A stretch of 64,000 bases of DNA, taken from the NCBI GenBank assembly GCA_051306005.1, contig JBPPMJ010000003.1:161764-225763 (forward strand). Reading direction: 5' to 3'. The DNA is from Minisyncoccota bacterium (lineage in GTDB: Bacteria; Patescibacteriota; Minisyncoccia; Moranbacterales; UBA1568). This document shows, piece after piece, positions 19,294 to 30,441 of this stretch. Below the pieces are notes generated by a model that did not search any database, was not told the DNA's origin, and worked only from the letters and a program-made list of their open reading frames with translations. The translations under genes were made by a program, and so were the position numbers. Numbering within the stretch: position 1 is the stretch's first letter; each line of letters opens with the position of its first letter.

Positions 19294-19866
19294 ATGCATT
19301 ATATCAAAAGGAAACATCATTTTGGGTTCACGTTGATTGAAGTTGTTGTAGCGTTGTTTATTTTTTCTATTCTCATGATAGCGGTTTCCAGCATCTTTAC
19401 GCAGTTTTTTGGTTCTTACAAAGAGGTGCAGGCAATGGCGAAAAATGTGGAAAATTCCCAATTTGTTCTGAATCGTATCGCCAAAGAGTTGCGAACAAGC
19501 ACTGTGACTATTGCAGAGAGTTCACGGGTACGTTTTTATGACTATTCACAAGACATGTGTTTGGAATATCGCATCAATTCCGTTGCCAAAACTTTCACGG
19601 TAGCGCAGAAAGTTATTGCTCTTCCGGTTGATCCGTTCACGGATTGTGATAATTCCGGAGTGTGGGTTGGCCCGCAACCATTGATAAAAATTGACACACC
19701 ATCCGGCGTGTTGCAGGGTTCTTTTTTGACGACTCAGTCTAGTAAAACTCCTCAAAGAATTGGTAAAGTGACCGCTTCACTATCTGTTCAAGAGAACGCT
19801 CAACATGTTTCTAATTTTCAAGTAACGGTGTCTTTGCGGGATTATGTCTATGTCGGTTTGCAATAA
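19294..19866 (+). CDS. minor pilin / pseudopilin with prepilin-type N-terminus
   Basis: 'MHYIKRKHHFG|FTLIEVVVALFIFSIL' class III signal motif. Start is placed at the ATG inside the TTG-initiated ORF. Confidence 0.8.
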   Translation: MHYIKRKHHFGFTLIEVVVALFIFSILMIAVSSIFTQFFGSYKEVQAMAKNVENSQFVLNRIAKELRTSTVTIAESSRVRFYDYSQDMCLEYRINSVAKTFTVAQKVIALPVDPFTDCDNSGVWVGPQPLIKIDTPSGVLQGSFLTTQSSKTPQRIGKVTASLSVQENAQHVSNFQVTVSLRDYVYVGLQ

Positions 19867-21993
<2,127 letters not shown>

Positions 21994-22054
21994 AGTTTAA
22001 CAAAGTAGTATGTTTTTGCGAGAGGATAATGTTTTTCTGATGTAATACACGAGT

Positions 22055-22342
22055 ATGTTGAATATTGAAGAAGTACGACACATCGCTCTTTTGGCCCGTA
22101 TTGGTCTCAAAGAAAACGAGCAGGAGCAATATCAAAAAGATTTGTCCATAGTGCTGGATTTCTTTCGTCAACTGGAACAAGTATCGACTGATGAAATCAT
22201 TCTTTCTGATGAGGTAGTCGGTTTCAGAGACGTGGCTCGTCATGATGATGTGGTGGATTGTGGTCCTGAACAAAGACGCATGTTACTTGCCAATGTGCCC
22301 GAGACTAAAAATGGATTCGTAAAAGTAAAATCAGTCTTTTGA
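22055..22342 (+). CDS. gatC: Asp/Glu-tRNA amidotransferase subunit C
   Basis: 95 aa. 'VRHIALLARIGLKENEQEQY...DFFRQLEQV' is typical of GatC. It is followed directly by gatA. Confidence 0.85.
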   Translation: MLNIEEVRHIALLARIGLKENEQEQYQKDLSIVLDFFRQLEQVSTDEIILSDEVVGFRDVARHDDVVDCGPEQRRMLLANVPETKNGFVKVKSVF

Positions 22343-22345
22343 TAT

Positions 22346-23827
22346 TTGTATCTTATGATTCGTGATTTGCATAATCGTTTACGGAATGGTGATGTTTCAG
22401 CAGTCACACTTACTGAACAATATTTGGAAACTATCGCTCAACAGGATAAGGAAATCGGGGCATATTTGACGGTGATGCGTGACCAAGCTCTGGAAATGGC
22501 TACCATTGTGGATGCGTCTTTGAAACGTGGTGATCCTATTGATTTGTTGGCGGGTATTCCCGGTGCTATCAAGGATAATCTGTGTATAATGGGTGTACGT
22601 ACGACGGCCGGATCAAAAATTTTAGATAATTACATCGCTCCATATGATGCCACAGTCATTACACGTCTCAAAGCAAAAAGCGCTGTGATACTGGGAAAAA
22701 CAAATATGGATGAATTTGCCATGGGATCATCCACAGAATCGAGCGCATATCAAAAAACCAAAAATCCCGTTGATACAACACGGGTACCAGGAGGATCCTC
22801 TGGGGGATCGGCAGCGGCAGTAGCCTCCGGAGAAGCGGTATGGTCACTGGGTTCGGATACGGGAGGATCTATTCGTCAACCAGCCTCTTTCTGCGGTATT
22901 GTGGGACTCAAACCTACATATGGACGCGTATCACGTTCGGGATTGATTGCAATGGCGTCCAGCTTGGATCAAATCGGCCCGTTTGGCAAAACGGTCGAAG
23001 ATACGGCGATAGTATTCTCCCGTATCGCAGGAGCAGACATTTTGGATGCGACTACGGCCCCGATTCAAGCAGATAAACCATTTGAGGATTATCTGAATGG
23101 TGATATCACTGGTTTGCGCATTGGTATCCCTAAAGAATATTTTAATGAACATTTGAGTGCGGACATACGCACTGTTACAGACTCTGCTTTGATGCGTTTT
23201 CAAAAAATGGGCGCAACGCTTCATGAAATTTCTCTCCCTTATAGCGAATACGCTCTACCAGTATATTATATCTTAATGCCTTCAGAGGTGAGTTCCAATT
23301 TGGCACGTTTTGATGGCATTAAGTACGGACTACGTATCAATGATGAACATGATTCTTCGGTTGGGACAAGCGAGTTACTGGAAACGTATTTGGATACGCG
23401 TCGCCATGGTTTTGGTCGTGAGGTGAAGCGACGTATCATGTTGGGAACATATACACTGTCTGCAGGATATTATGATGCCTATTACAAGAAAGCACAGAAG
23501 GTGAGGGGATGTATCCGTCAGGATTTTCAAACAGCATTCCGTGATGTAGATGTTATTTTTTCTCCGACGACACCAGAGCCAGCCTTTCGTTTTGGCGAAA
23601 AAACAGAAGATCCACTAAAAATGTATTTATCAGATATTTATACGGTGACAGCTAATTTGGCTGGTGTTCCAGCGATTTCATTTCCTATTGGTTTCAAGAA
23701 AGATGGGGAGATTCATTTGCCTCTTGGTGGACAATTGATTGGCAAGTGGTTTGACGAAGAAACATTGTTGCGTACTGCTGATGCTTTTGAGCGTGATGTT
23801 GCGTCACCCGATAACCGAAAGATATAA
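22346..23827 (+). CDS. gatA: Asp/Glu-tRNA amidotransferase subunit A (amidase signature family)
   Basis: Amidase signature 'GGSSGGSAAAVASG', Ser-cisSer-Lys triad context and 493 aa length. Confidence 0.95.
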   Translation: MYLMIRDLHNRLRNGDVSAVTLTEQYLETIAQQDKEIGAYLTVMRDQALEMATIVDASLKRGDPIDLLAGIPGAIKDNLCIMGVRTTAGSKILDNYIAPYDATVITRLKAKSAVILGKTNMDEFAMGSSTESSAYQKTKNPVDTTRVPGGSSGGSAAAVASGEAVWSLGSDTGGSIRQPASFCGIVGLKPTYGRVSRSGLIAMASSLDQIGPFGKTVEDTAIVFSRIAGADILDATTAPIQADKPFEDYLNGDITGLRIGIPKEYFNEHLSADIRTVTDSALMRFQKMGATLHEISLPYSEYALPVYYILMPSEVSSNLARFDGIKYGLRINDEHDSSVGTSELLETYLDTRRHGFGREVKRRIMLGTYTLSAGYYDAYYKKAQKVRGCIRQDFQTAFRDVDVIFSPTTPEPAFRFGEKTEDPLKMYLSDIYTVTANLAGVPAISFPIGFKKDGEIHLPLGGQLIGKWFDEETLLRTADAFERDVASPDNRKI

Positions 23828-23838
23828 AGAACAAAAAT

Positions 23839-24369
23839 ATGGATGTTGATGGAAGTGTTCTTATAATGACAATCTGGAACGATGTCGCTCAATTTTTTGA
23901 ACACTCTTTTTTTATCAGTGCGTTGAAATTCTTTTTGTTTGTCTACGTTTCTGTGCTGGTGGTAGATATCATTCTTTTGCTTTTTTTTCGTGGAGTTTCT
24001 GGAGATTTGAAACAAACACTTTTTGGTACGGATCGTCCATTTGCTTCTCGCTCTTCATTGATTCGGCGTTGGGAAAAAATAGCAGATCGGCTGGATCAAG
24101 AAAATGTGTCTCAGTACAAGGTGGCTGTTTTGGAAGCAGATGCTTTTGCTGATGAAATGTTGGCGAGTATCGGTTACGTTGGCGGGACCATGGCTGAAAA
24201 ATTATCTGGCATTCAGGAAGGGCATTTGGAATCCAAGCAAGCACTCTTGGATGCACATCACATACGCAATCGTGTTATTCGTGATAGGGATTTTATGCTT
24301 TCTCATGAGATGGCCAAGACGTGTCTGGATGCTTACCGCGCCTTTTTTGATGAGGTTGAATTATTATAA
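23839..24369 (+). CDS. hypothetical membrane-anchored protein
   Basis: ORF with an N-terminal TM helix (FLFVYVSVLVVDIILLLFF). No recognisable family. It has its own terminator. Confidence 0.5.
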   Translation: MDVDGSVLIMTIWNDVAQFFEHSFFISALKFFLFVYVSVLVVDIILLLFFRGVSGDLKQTLFGTDRPFASRSSLIRRWEKIADRLDQENVSQYKVAVLEADAFADEMLASIGYVGGTMAEKLSGIQEGHLESKQALLDAHHIRNRVIRDRDFMLSHEMAKTCLDAYRAFFDEVELL

Positions 24370-24413
24370 ATACGAATTTCTTTTGGAACATGACAGATGT
24401 AGTGGTCGTAAAG

Positions 24414-24442
24414 TTGACAACCTGGCGTTTTCTTGGTACACT
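24414..24442 (+). promoter_or_regulatory. near-consensus promoter TTGACA-17-TACACT (TGg extended -10) upstream of secE
   Basis: The hexamers and spacing are read directly from the sequence. Confidence 0.5.
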
Positions 24443-24458
24443 ACAAAAGACATACAAA

Positions 24459-24477
24459 GCCCTCGGGGCTTTTTTTA
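24459..24477 (+). terminator. short GC hairpin plus T7 tract (terminator or leader attenuator) between the hypothetical gene and secE
   Basis: GCCC-TC-GGGC followed by TTTTTTT. It lies downstream of the promoter-like hexamers, so it may act as an attenuator rather than a simple terminator. Confidence 0.4.
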
Positions 24478-24493
24478 AGAGGCGCCATTCGGT

Positions 24494-24679
24494 ATGAGAA
24501 AAATGGTAAAATTTTTACGTGAAGCCCGTACTGAATTACTTTTGGTGAATTGGCCAACGCGCAAACAGATTCTTCACTACACGACTCTGGTGGTAGTTAT
24601 CAGCTTGTCTGTTGCTTTTTTTCTCGGGAGTTTGGATTATCTTTTTAGTTCTGCTGTGGAAAGACTGCTTATAAAATAA
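24494..24679 (+). CDS. secE: preprotein translocase subunit SecE
   Basis: 61 aa with a single TM helix. Conserved N-terminal 'FLREARTEL' and position immediately upstream of nusG. Confidence 0.85.
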   Translation: MRKMVKFLREARTELLLVNWPTRKQILHYTTLVVVISLSVAFFLGSLDYLFSSAVERLLIK

Positions 24680-24684
24680 TTTTT

Positions 24685-25236
24685 TTGTTTATGGCCAAAC
24701 AGAACCAACATCACGGACGATCATGGTATGTACTTCATACATATTCTGGTTATGAAGACAATGTGTCTCGTAACTTGAAACAGAGAATCGACTCCATGGA
24801 TATGCAGGAACTTATTTTTGATGTCCTGGTACCTAAAGAAAAGAAAATAAAGATTAAAGCAGGGAAGCGCGTGGTTGTAGAGGAGCGAATCTATCCGGGA
24901 TATGTCTTGGTGGATATGATGGTCACAGATGCGTCTTGGTATGTAGTACGCAACACCCCCAATGTGACTGGGTTTATTGGACTTGGTACGACGCCGACAC
25001 CTGTTGATTCCAAAGAAATTGATGCGCTTAAGAAACGGATGGGTGTTGCGGAACCAAAATATAAGATTGACGTTCGTGTGGGTGATGCTGTAAAGATTGT
25101 GGATGGACCATTCAAGAATTTTGACGGAAAGATTCAGGAAATAGATGAAGAAAAAGGTAAGGTGAAGGCGCTGGTATCTATGTTTGGACGTGAAACACCA
25201 GTAGAGTTGGACTTTTTGCAAGTAAAAAAGGCATAA
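24685..25236 (+). CDS. nusG: transcription termination/antitermination factor NusG
   Basis: NGN domain 'WYVLHTYSGYE' and a C-terminal KOW motif 'GDAVKIVDGPFKNFDGKI'. Confidence 0.95.
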   Translation: MFMAKQNQHHGRSWYVLHTYSGYEDNVSRNLKQRIDSMDMQELIFDVLVPKEKKIKIKAGKRVVVEERIYPGYVLVDMMVTDASWYVVRNTPNVTGFIGLGTTPTPVDSKEIDALKKRMGVAEPKYKIDVRVGDAVKIVDGPFKNFDGKIQEIDEEKGKVKALVSMFGRETPVELDFLQVKKA

Positions 25237-25350
25237 CAGGATATGAATGAGTCGTGTGAGAGGAGAATGGAGTAAGTATTTTATTAATCCCGCGGTGTGA
25301 GACCATACAATAAAGTGTGTTTCATACCAGATGGAATCTACAAAAGTCTT

Positions 25351-25776
25351 ATGGCAAAAGCAATTAAAACAGTTATTAAATTACAAATTCCTGCCACCAA
25401 GGCCAACCCAGCCCCACCAGTTGGTCCGGCACTTGGACAACATGGTTTGAATATCCAGGACTTTTGTAGTAAGTTTAATGAGGCTTCTAAAGATCGTGCA
25501 GGAGATATCGTACCAGTGGACATCACTGTCTATGAGGATCGAACTTTTGATTTTATTTTGAAAACATCGCCAGCTTCAGATTTATTGAAAAAAGCGGCTA
25601 ATGTTGAGAAGGGTTCATCCAATCCATTGAAAGAAAAGAAGGGTACCGTCACGATGGCGCAAGTGCGTGATATCGCGGAAAAGAAAATGGTTGATTTGAA
25701 CGCAAACGATGTTGAGTCAGCGATAAAGATTATTTTGGGTAGTGCGAGGTCAATGGGTATTCACGTGACACAATAA
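25351..25776 (+). CDS. rplK: 50S ribosomal protein L11
   Basis: '[35 protein letters not shown]' is the canonical L11 N-terminus. Start is placed at the internal ATG. Confidence 0.95.
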   Translation: MAKAIKTVIKLQIPATKANPAPPVGPALGQHGLNIQDFCSKFNEASKDRAGDIVPVDITVYEDRTFDFILKTSPASDLLKKAANVEKGSSNPLKEKKGTVTMAQVRDIAEKKMVDLNANDVESAIKIILGSARSMGIHVTQ

Positions 25777-25833
25777 CAAGATTATTCTAATGAGTGGGAG
25801 CTGTGAAGCGTTTGCACCACCACAATATACGTT

Positions 25834-26523
25834 ATGAACAAAGGAAAGAATTACCGCAATGTCGCTGAACAATTGGAAGCTGACAAGGAGTACACTGTGG
25901 AGGAAGCAGTTGCTTTTTTACGTGGACATAAAACAGCGAAGTTTGATGAATCTGTCGAAGTACATATGCGTTTGGGCATTAATGCCAAAAAATCAGATGA
26001 GGGAGTGCGCGCCACAGTCATTTTACCGCAGGGTACTGGTCGTTCACAACGTGTTGCTGTTATTACGAGCGTCAAAGAAAAAGAGGCTAAAGATGCTGGA
26101 GCTGAGATTGTGGGCGGTGAGGATCTGATTGGAGAGATAAAAAATGGCATAATCGTACCTGGTCAGGTCTTTGATGTGTTGTTAGCGACACCGGAAATGA
26201 TGCCAAAATTGGCCTTAGTGGCTAAAGTCTTGGGACCCAAAGGAATGATGCCTTCACCAAAGACCGAAACTGTTACCACTAAAATAAAAGAGGCGATTGA
26301 AATGTTGAAAAAAGGTAAAAAAGTGAGCTTTAAAAATGATGATAGTGGAAACATTCATCAGATGATTGGCAAGGTTTCTTTTACCACGGAAGCTTTGGTG
26401 GAAAATTATCGTACATTGCGCGAGGCGGTAGATCGTGCCAAACCAGAAACGATGAAAGGAAGATTAATCAAATCCATCACCATGTGTTCTACCATGGGTC
26501 CAAGCTTGAAGGTGAAACTTTAA
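25834..26523 (+). CDS. rplA: 50S ribosomal protein L1
   Basis: 229 aa. 'KFDESVEVHMRLGIN...ILPQGTG' is typical of L1. Confidence 0.95.
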   Translation: MNKGKNYRNVAEQLEADKEYTVEEAVAFLRGHKTAKFDESVEVHMRLGINAKKSDEGVRATVILPQGTGRSQRVAVITSVKEKEAKDAGAEIVGGEDLIGEIKNGIIVPGQVFDVLLATPEMMPKLALVAKVLGPKGMMPSPKTETVTTKIKEAIEMLKKGKKVSFKNDDSGNIHQMIGKVSFTTEALVENYRTLREAVDRAKPETMKGRLIKSITMCSTMGPSLKVKL

Positions 26524-26527
26524 TTCT

Positions 26528-27112
26528 ATGGTTCTCTCTGATCGTGACATTATCAAAGAAATCAAAGCGAAGGAGATTATATTGAAACCTTTTCATGTCG
26601 ATTATGTGCAACCGGCGAGTGTAGATTTGCATTTAGATCGGCATTTTTTGGTGTTTGATACGACAAAAAACTTTGTTATTGATCCAAAGGTGATGTCCAA
26701 AAATCTCATGAAGCCTATTGTCATTAAAGATAATGAGGCTTTTATCTTGCATCCGCAAGAATTTGCGTTAGGCCTTATTTATGAGGAAACAGGTGTTTCA
26801 GATAAGCTGGTTGGTCGTCTGGAAGGCAAGAGCTCACTCGGACGCCTTGGCTTGATTATTCATACGACTGCCGGTTATTTGGACCCAGGAAATTCTTTGA
26901 AAATGACTCTGGAGCTTTTTAATGCTGGACGTCTTCCGATTAAGTTGTATCACAAGATGCCAATTGGACAAATGGCTTTTGAATATCTTTCTTCTCCTTG
27001 TATAAAACCATACGGTTCTCAGGGATTGAATAGTAAGTATTTTGGGGACAAAAAACCGGAAGCATCAAAAATGCATCTTAATTTTCTAGCAAAAAATCGA
27101 GCAGTGAAATGA
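26528..27112 (+). CDS. dcd: dCTP deaminase (dUTPase-fold)
   Basis: 'MVLSDRDIIKEI...PASVDLHL' N-terminus and 194 aa length, typical of Dcd. It starts 4 nt after the rplA stop. Confidence 0.85.
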   Translation: MVLSDRDIIKEIKAKEIILKPFHVDYVQPASVDLHLDRHFLVFDTTKNFVIDPKVMSKNLMKPIVIKDNEAFILHPQEFALGLIYEETGVSDKLVGRLEGKSSLGRLGLIIHTTAGYLDPGNSLKMTLELFNAGRLPIKLYHKMPIGQMAFEYLSSPCIKPYGSQGLNSKYFGDKKPEASKMHLNFLAKNRAVK

Positions 27113-27221
27113 AATGTTGTAACTGACAACGTTTTCATACATTGATATAATAAAGAAGGTCTTTATTGAATTATCTGCTAGAATATTTCTTTTTAGTAAT
27201 GTTTCAGGGGAGGAATAGATT

Positions 27222-28139
27222 ATGAAACAATACCTTGAACTCTTGCGCCATATTACTGACCATGGAACGATAAAGACCGATCGGACTGGAACCGGTACCA
27301 AGAGCGTCTTTGGGTATCAAATGCGTTTTGATTTAGCGGAAGGATTTCCTCTTTTAACAACAAAAAAAATGTTCGTCCGAGGAATTATCGAAGAATTAAT
27401 CTGGTTCTTGCGAGGTGATTCCAATCTCCGATACTTAGCAGAGCATGATGTGCATATCTGGGATTCTTGGCCCTTCAAGGCTTATTTGGAACGCACTGGA
27501 CAAGCAATACCATCCAGTGATTCTCTGGAATGGAGAAACGGTATGCGCATTTTCTTGGAACAGATAAAAACGAATGATGCCTTTGCTAAAAAATATGGTA
27601 ATTTGGGACCGATTTATGGGTATCAGTGGCGTAGTTGGCCGACGCCTGATGGTCGGTATATCGATCAGATTAGCGATGTTATGAGGCAGATCAAAAGCAC
27701 TCCTGATTCACGGCGGATGATTGTTTCGGCGTGGAATGTTGCGGATATTGATGAGATGGCCAAGGCGGGGTTGCCACCATGCCATTGTCTGTTTCAGTTT
27801 TATGTTGCCGATGACAAACTATCGTGCCAATTGTATCAGCGCAGTTGTGATACGTTTCTCGGTGTTCCATTCAATATTGCTTCGTATGCGTTGTTGACCA
27901 TGATGATGGCACAGGTCTGTGATTTGAAAGTGGGGGAATTCGTGTGGACGGGTGGGGATGTTCATATCTACACTAATCATTTTGAACAAGTAACGCAACA
28001 ACTATCTCGTGCTCCATTTCCATTGCCTACCATGAAGCTTAATCCTACTATTAAAGATATTTTTGCCTTTGAGGTGGGGGATTTTGTGTTGGAAAATTAT
28101 CAGTTTCACGATGCTATCAGAGCCGAAGTAGCCGTTTAA
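27222..28139 (+). CDS. thyA: thymidylate synthase ThyA (long form, 305 aa)
   Basis: '[26 protein letters not shown]' plus the catalytic '[12 protein letters not shown]' cysteine motif. Confidence 0.95.
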   Translation: MKQYLELLRHITDHGTIKTDRTGTGTKSVFGYQMRFDLAEGFPLLTTKKMFVRGIIEELIWFLRGDSNLRYLAEHDVHIWDSWPFKAYLERTGQAIPSSDSLEWRNGMRIFLEQIKTNDAFAKKYGNLGPIYGYQWRSWPTPDGRYIDQISDVMRQIKSTPDSRRMIVSAWNVADIDEMAKAGLPPCHCLFQFYVADDKLSCQLYQRSCDTFLGVPFNIASYALLTMMMAQVCDLKVGEFVWTGGDVHIYTNHFEQVTQQLSRAPFPLPTMKLNPTIKDIFAFEVGDFVLENYQFHDAIRAEVAV

Positions 28140-28158
28140 AAAATAAAGAGATGTGTGT

Positions 28159-28186
28159 CCCGCTTGAGAGAAGCGGGATTTTTTTT
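28159..28186 (+). terminator. intrinsic terminator after thyA
   Basis: Hairpin CCCGCTT-GAGAG-AAGCGGG followed by ATTTTTTTT. Confidence 0.65.
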
Positions 28187-28219
28187 GGAAAAAAAAGAGA
28201 AATAAGGTAAGATAACATT

Positions 28220-28714
28220 ATGAGTACACTACGTATTAGTATGATTGTTGCCATGGCCAGGACTACGCGTGCTCTCGGCCAAGACAATCGATTGTTGTGG
28301 CATATTCCTGAAGATATGCAGTATTTCAAGAAATTGACAACAGGACATGTGGTTATTATGGGTGCCAAAACGTTTGTTTCTCTTGGAAAACCATTACCAA
28401 ATCGTACTAATATTATATTGTCTCACAATTTATTATTCGAAGCGCCTGGGTGCATTGTGGTACATTCGGTAGAAGAAGCATTACATGAGGCGCGACAATA
28501 TGAACAAGATGAGATATTTATTATCGGCGGAGCAAGTGTTTATGCGCAAATACTACCTTTTACTGACCGATTGTATTTGACGCTTGTGGAAGGTGAATAT
28601 GTGGCGGATACTTTTTTTCCCGAATATGAACAAATATTCAACCATACACTGAGTGAGATACGGCAAGAGAATGAAAAGTATGTTTTCACATTTCTCGTTT
28701 TGGAAAGGATATAA
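28220..28714 (+). CDS. folA: dihydrofolate reductase
   Basis: 'ISMIVAMARTTRALGQDNRLLWHIPEDMQYFKKLTTGHVVIMGAKTF' is the canonical DHFR N-terminus. 164 aa. Confidence 0.9.
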   Translation: MSTLRISMIVAMARTTRALGQDNRLLWHIPEDMQYFKKLTTGHVVIMGAKTFVSLGKPLPNRTNIILSHNLLFEAPGCIVVHSVEEALHEARQYEQDEIFIIGGASVYAQILPFTDRLYLTLVEGEYVADTFFPEYEQIFNHTLSEIRQENEKYVFTFLVLERI

Positions 28715-28728
28715 TTTTTTTAGTAAGC

Positions 28729-29307
28729 ATGTTTGAATATATGCAAAAAATCATTGTTGGCTTAACTGGTGAAATCGCTTCTGGAAAGGATACGGCATCA
28801 CGCTATATCGTAGAAAAACATAAGGCGCATTTGGTGCGTTTTTCACAGTCTTTGCGTGATATGCTGGACCGTATGTTTTTGGAACAAAATAGGGAAAATA
28901 TGTCGGCACTATCTCTTCATATACGCCAGGCATTTGGGGAAGATATTTTGTCAAAAGTAGTACTAAAAGAATCAGAGATTAGCGATCGGTCTATGATAAT
29001 CGTGGATGGTATTCGACGTGTATCAGATATCGTGCATTTGAAAGTGCAACATCATTTTTATTTCATCTATGTCGATGCTTCTCAGGAAACCAGATATCAG
29101 CGTTTGATTGGGCGGCGGCAAAACACGGATGATGCTACCAAGACATTGGCTCAATTTAAGCAGGATGCGCTTTTAGAGACAGAGCTGGAAATTGCCACAC
29201 TCAGAGAGCGTGCCGATTTTATTATTAACAATAATGGAACACACGAGGAATTAAAGGTACAAATAGACGAAGTCATTGCACGGATATTGACACAAAATAT
29301 TGATTGA
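28729..29307 (+). CDS. P-loop nucleotide kinase of the dephospho-CoA kinase (CoaE) fold; substrate unknown
   Basis: Walker A 'GLTGEIASGKDT' and C-terminal 'ADFIINNNGTHEELKVQIDEV' mirror the CoaE 'GLTGGIGSGKST ... ADDVIDNSGSLEEL' layout. The gene is embedded between folA and tmk. Confidence 0.6.
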   Translation: MFEYMQKIIVGLTGEIASGKDTASRYIVEKHKAHLVRFSQSLRDMLDRMFLEQNRENMSALSLHIRQAFGEDILSKVVLKESEISDRSMIIVDGIRRVSDIVHLKVQHHFYFIYVDASQETRYQRLIGRRQNTDDATKTLAQFKQDALLETELEIATLRERADFIINNNGTHEELKVQIDEVIARILTQNID

Positions 29308-29326
29308 CTTTTGAGAGATATATAGT

Positions 29327-30013
29327 ATGGCAGGAACACTCATTGTGGTGGATGGTACAGACGGATCAGGCAAAGCGACACAGGTACAGCTCTTGGTCGC
29401 GCGCTTACGGCAAGAGGGATATCGGGTGAAAACGCTTGATTTTCCACAGTATGAAAAAAACTTTTTTGGCACTTTTATCGGACAATGTTTGACTGGCGAT
29501 TATGGTAATTTTGCTTCTCTTGATCCACGCATTGCCTCAATACTCTATGCTGTTGACCGTTTTGAATCCAAATCTGTGCTTGAACGATGGTTGCGTTTGG
29601 GGTATGTTGTTATTTTAGATCGTTACGTGAGTTCTAATCAGATTCATCAGGGAGGAAAGCTGAGCAATTCTCAGGAGCGCAAAAAATTTCTTTCTTGGCT
29701 TGATGCGATGGAGTTCGGTGTTTTCGGACTGCCGAGACCAAATATTATCCTGTATCTTGATGTGCCCCTTGCAATGACGAAAAAAATGTTACAAGACAAG
29801 ACGCAAATCAAGAAGAGTGTGTATCTGAAAGGTGACAAAAAGGACGTGGTAGAAAGTGATGACCAGTATCTCGCCAATAGCCGTGCTAGTGCTTTACGTT
29901 TAGTGAAAAAACAAAACAAGTGGCTTCGTATAGATTGTACGAGAAGAGGAGTATTGCTTTCCCGTGAGGTCATTGCGGAAATAATTTGGCAGAAAGTAAA
30001 AAGTATCCTATGA
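29327..30013 (+). CDS. tmk: thymidylate kinase
   Basis: 'LIVVDGTDGSGKATQ' P-loop, the 'DRY' motif and the lid region. 228 aa. Confidence 0.9.
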   Translation: MAGTLIVVDGTDGSGKATQVQLLVARLRQEGYRVKTLDFPQYEKNFFGTFIGQCLTGDYGNFASLDPRIASILYAVDRFESKSVLERWLRLGYVVILDRYVSSNQIHQGGKLSNSQERKKFLSWLDAMEFGVFGLPRPNIILYLDVPLAMTKKMLQDKTQIKKSVYLKGDKKDVVESDDQYLANSRASALRLVKKQNKWLRIDCTRRGVLLSREVIAEIIWQKVKSIL

Positions 30014-30435
30014 ACCTACTAGTGAAGAAAGTGTATCCCGATGCAAAGTTGCCGACGCGCGCGCATGCTGATGATGCCGGTTTGGATGTTTATACGTTGG
30101 AAGAATGTGTGCTGGCACCGATGGAACGTAGGGCTGTGAGTACAGGAATTGCACTTGCTATTCCGAGTGGCTTTGTCGGCCTACTTTGGGATAAATCTGG
30201 TGTCACTCTGAAGGCAGGAGTGAAAACAATGGGGGGTGTGATTGATGCGGGTTATCGTGGTGAAGTAAAGGTTATCATGATAAATTTGTCTAATGAACCG
30301 TACAATATAGAAAAAGGCGCCAAGATAGCGCAACTATTGATTCAAGAAGTTGCCTTATCGAAAATTTGCGAAGTAACCGATTTGGATGATACCATACGAG
30401 GAGAGCAGGGTTTTGGTAGTACTGGTTTATACTGA
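30010..30435 (+). CDS. dut: dUTP diphosphatase (dUTPase)
   Basis: Motifs 'AGLDVY', 'GVIDAGYRGEV' and 'RGEQGFGSTG'. Its ATG overlaps the tmk stop codon as ATGA. Confidence 0.9.
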   Translation: MNLLVKKVYPDAKLPTRAHADDAGLDVYTLEECVLAPMERRAVSTGIALAIPSGFVGLLWDKSGVTLKAGVKTMGGVIDAGYRGEVKVIMINLSNEPYNIEKGAKIAQLLIQEVALSKICEVTDLDDTIRGEQGFGSTGLY

Positions 30436-30441
30436 AATATT

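Noticed and set aside
24380-24493. Searched for the tRNA-Trp that often precedes secE-nusG
   Set aside because: No tRNA-like acceptor/T-loop (GTTCGA) structure is present. Only promoter-like hexamers and a short hairpin were found.
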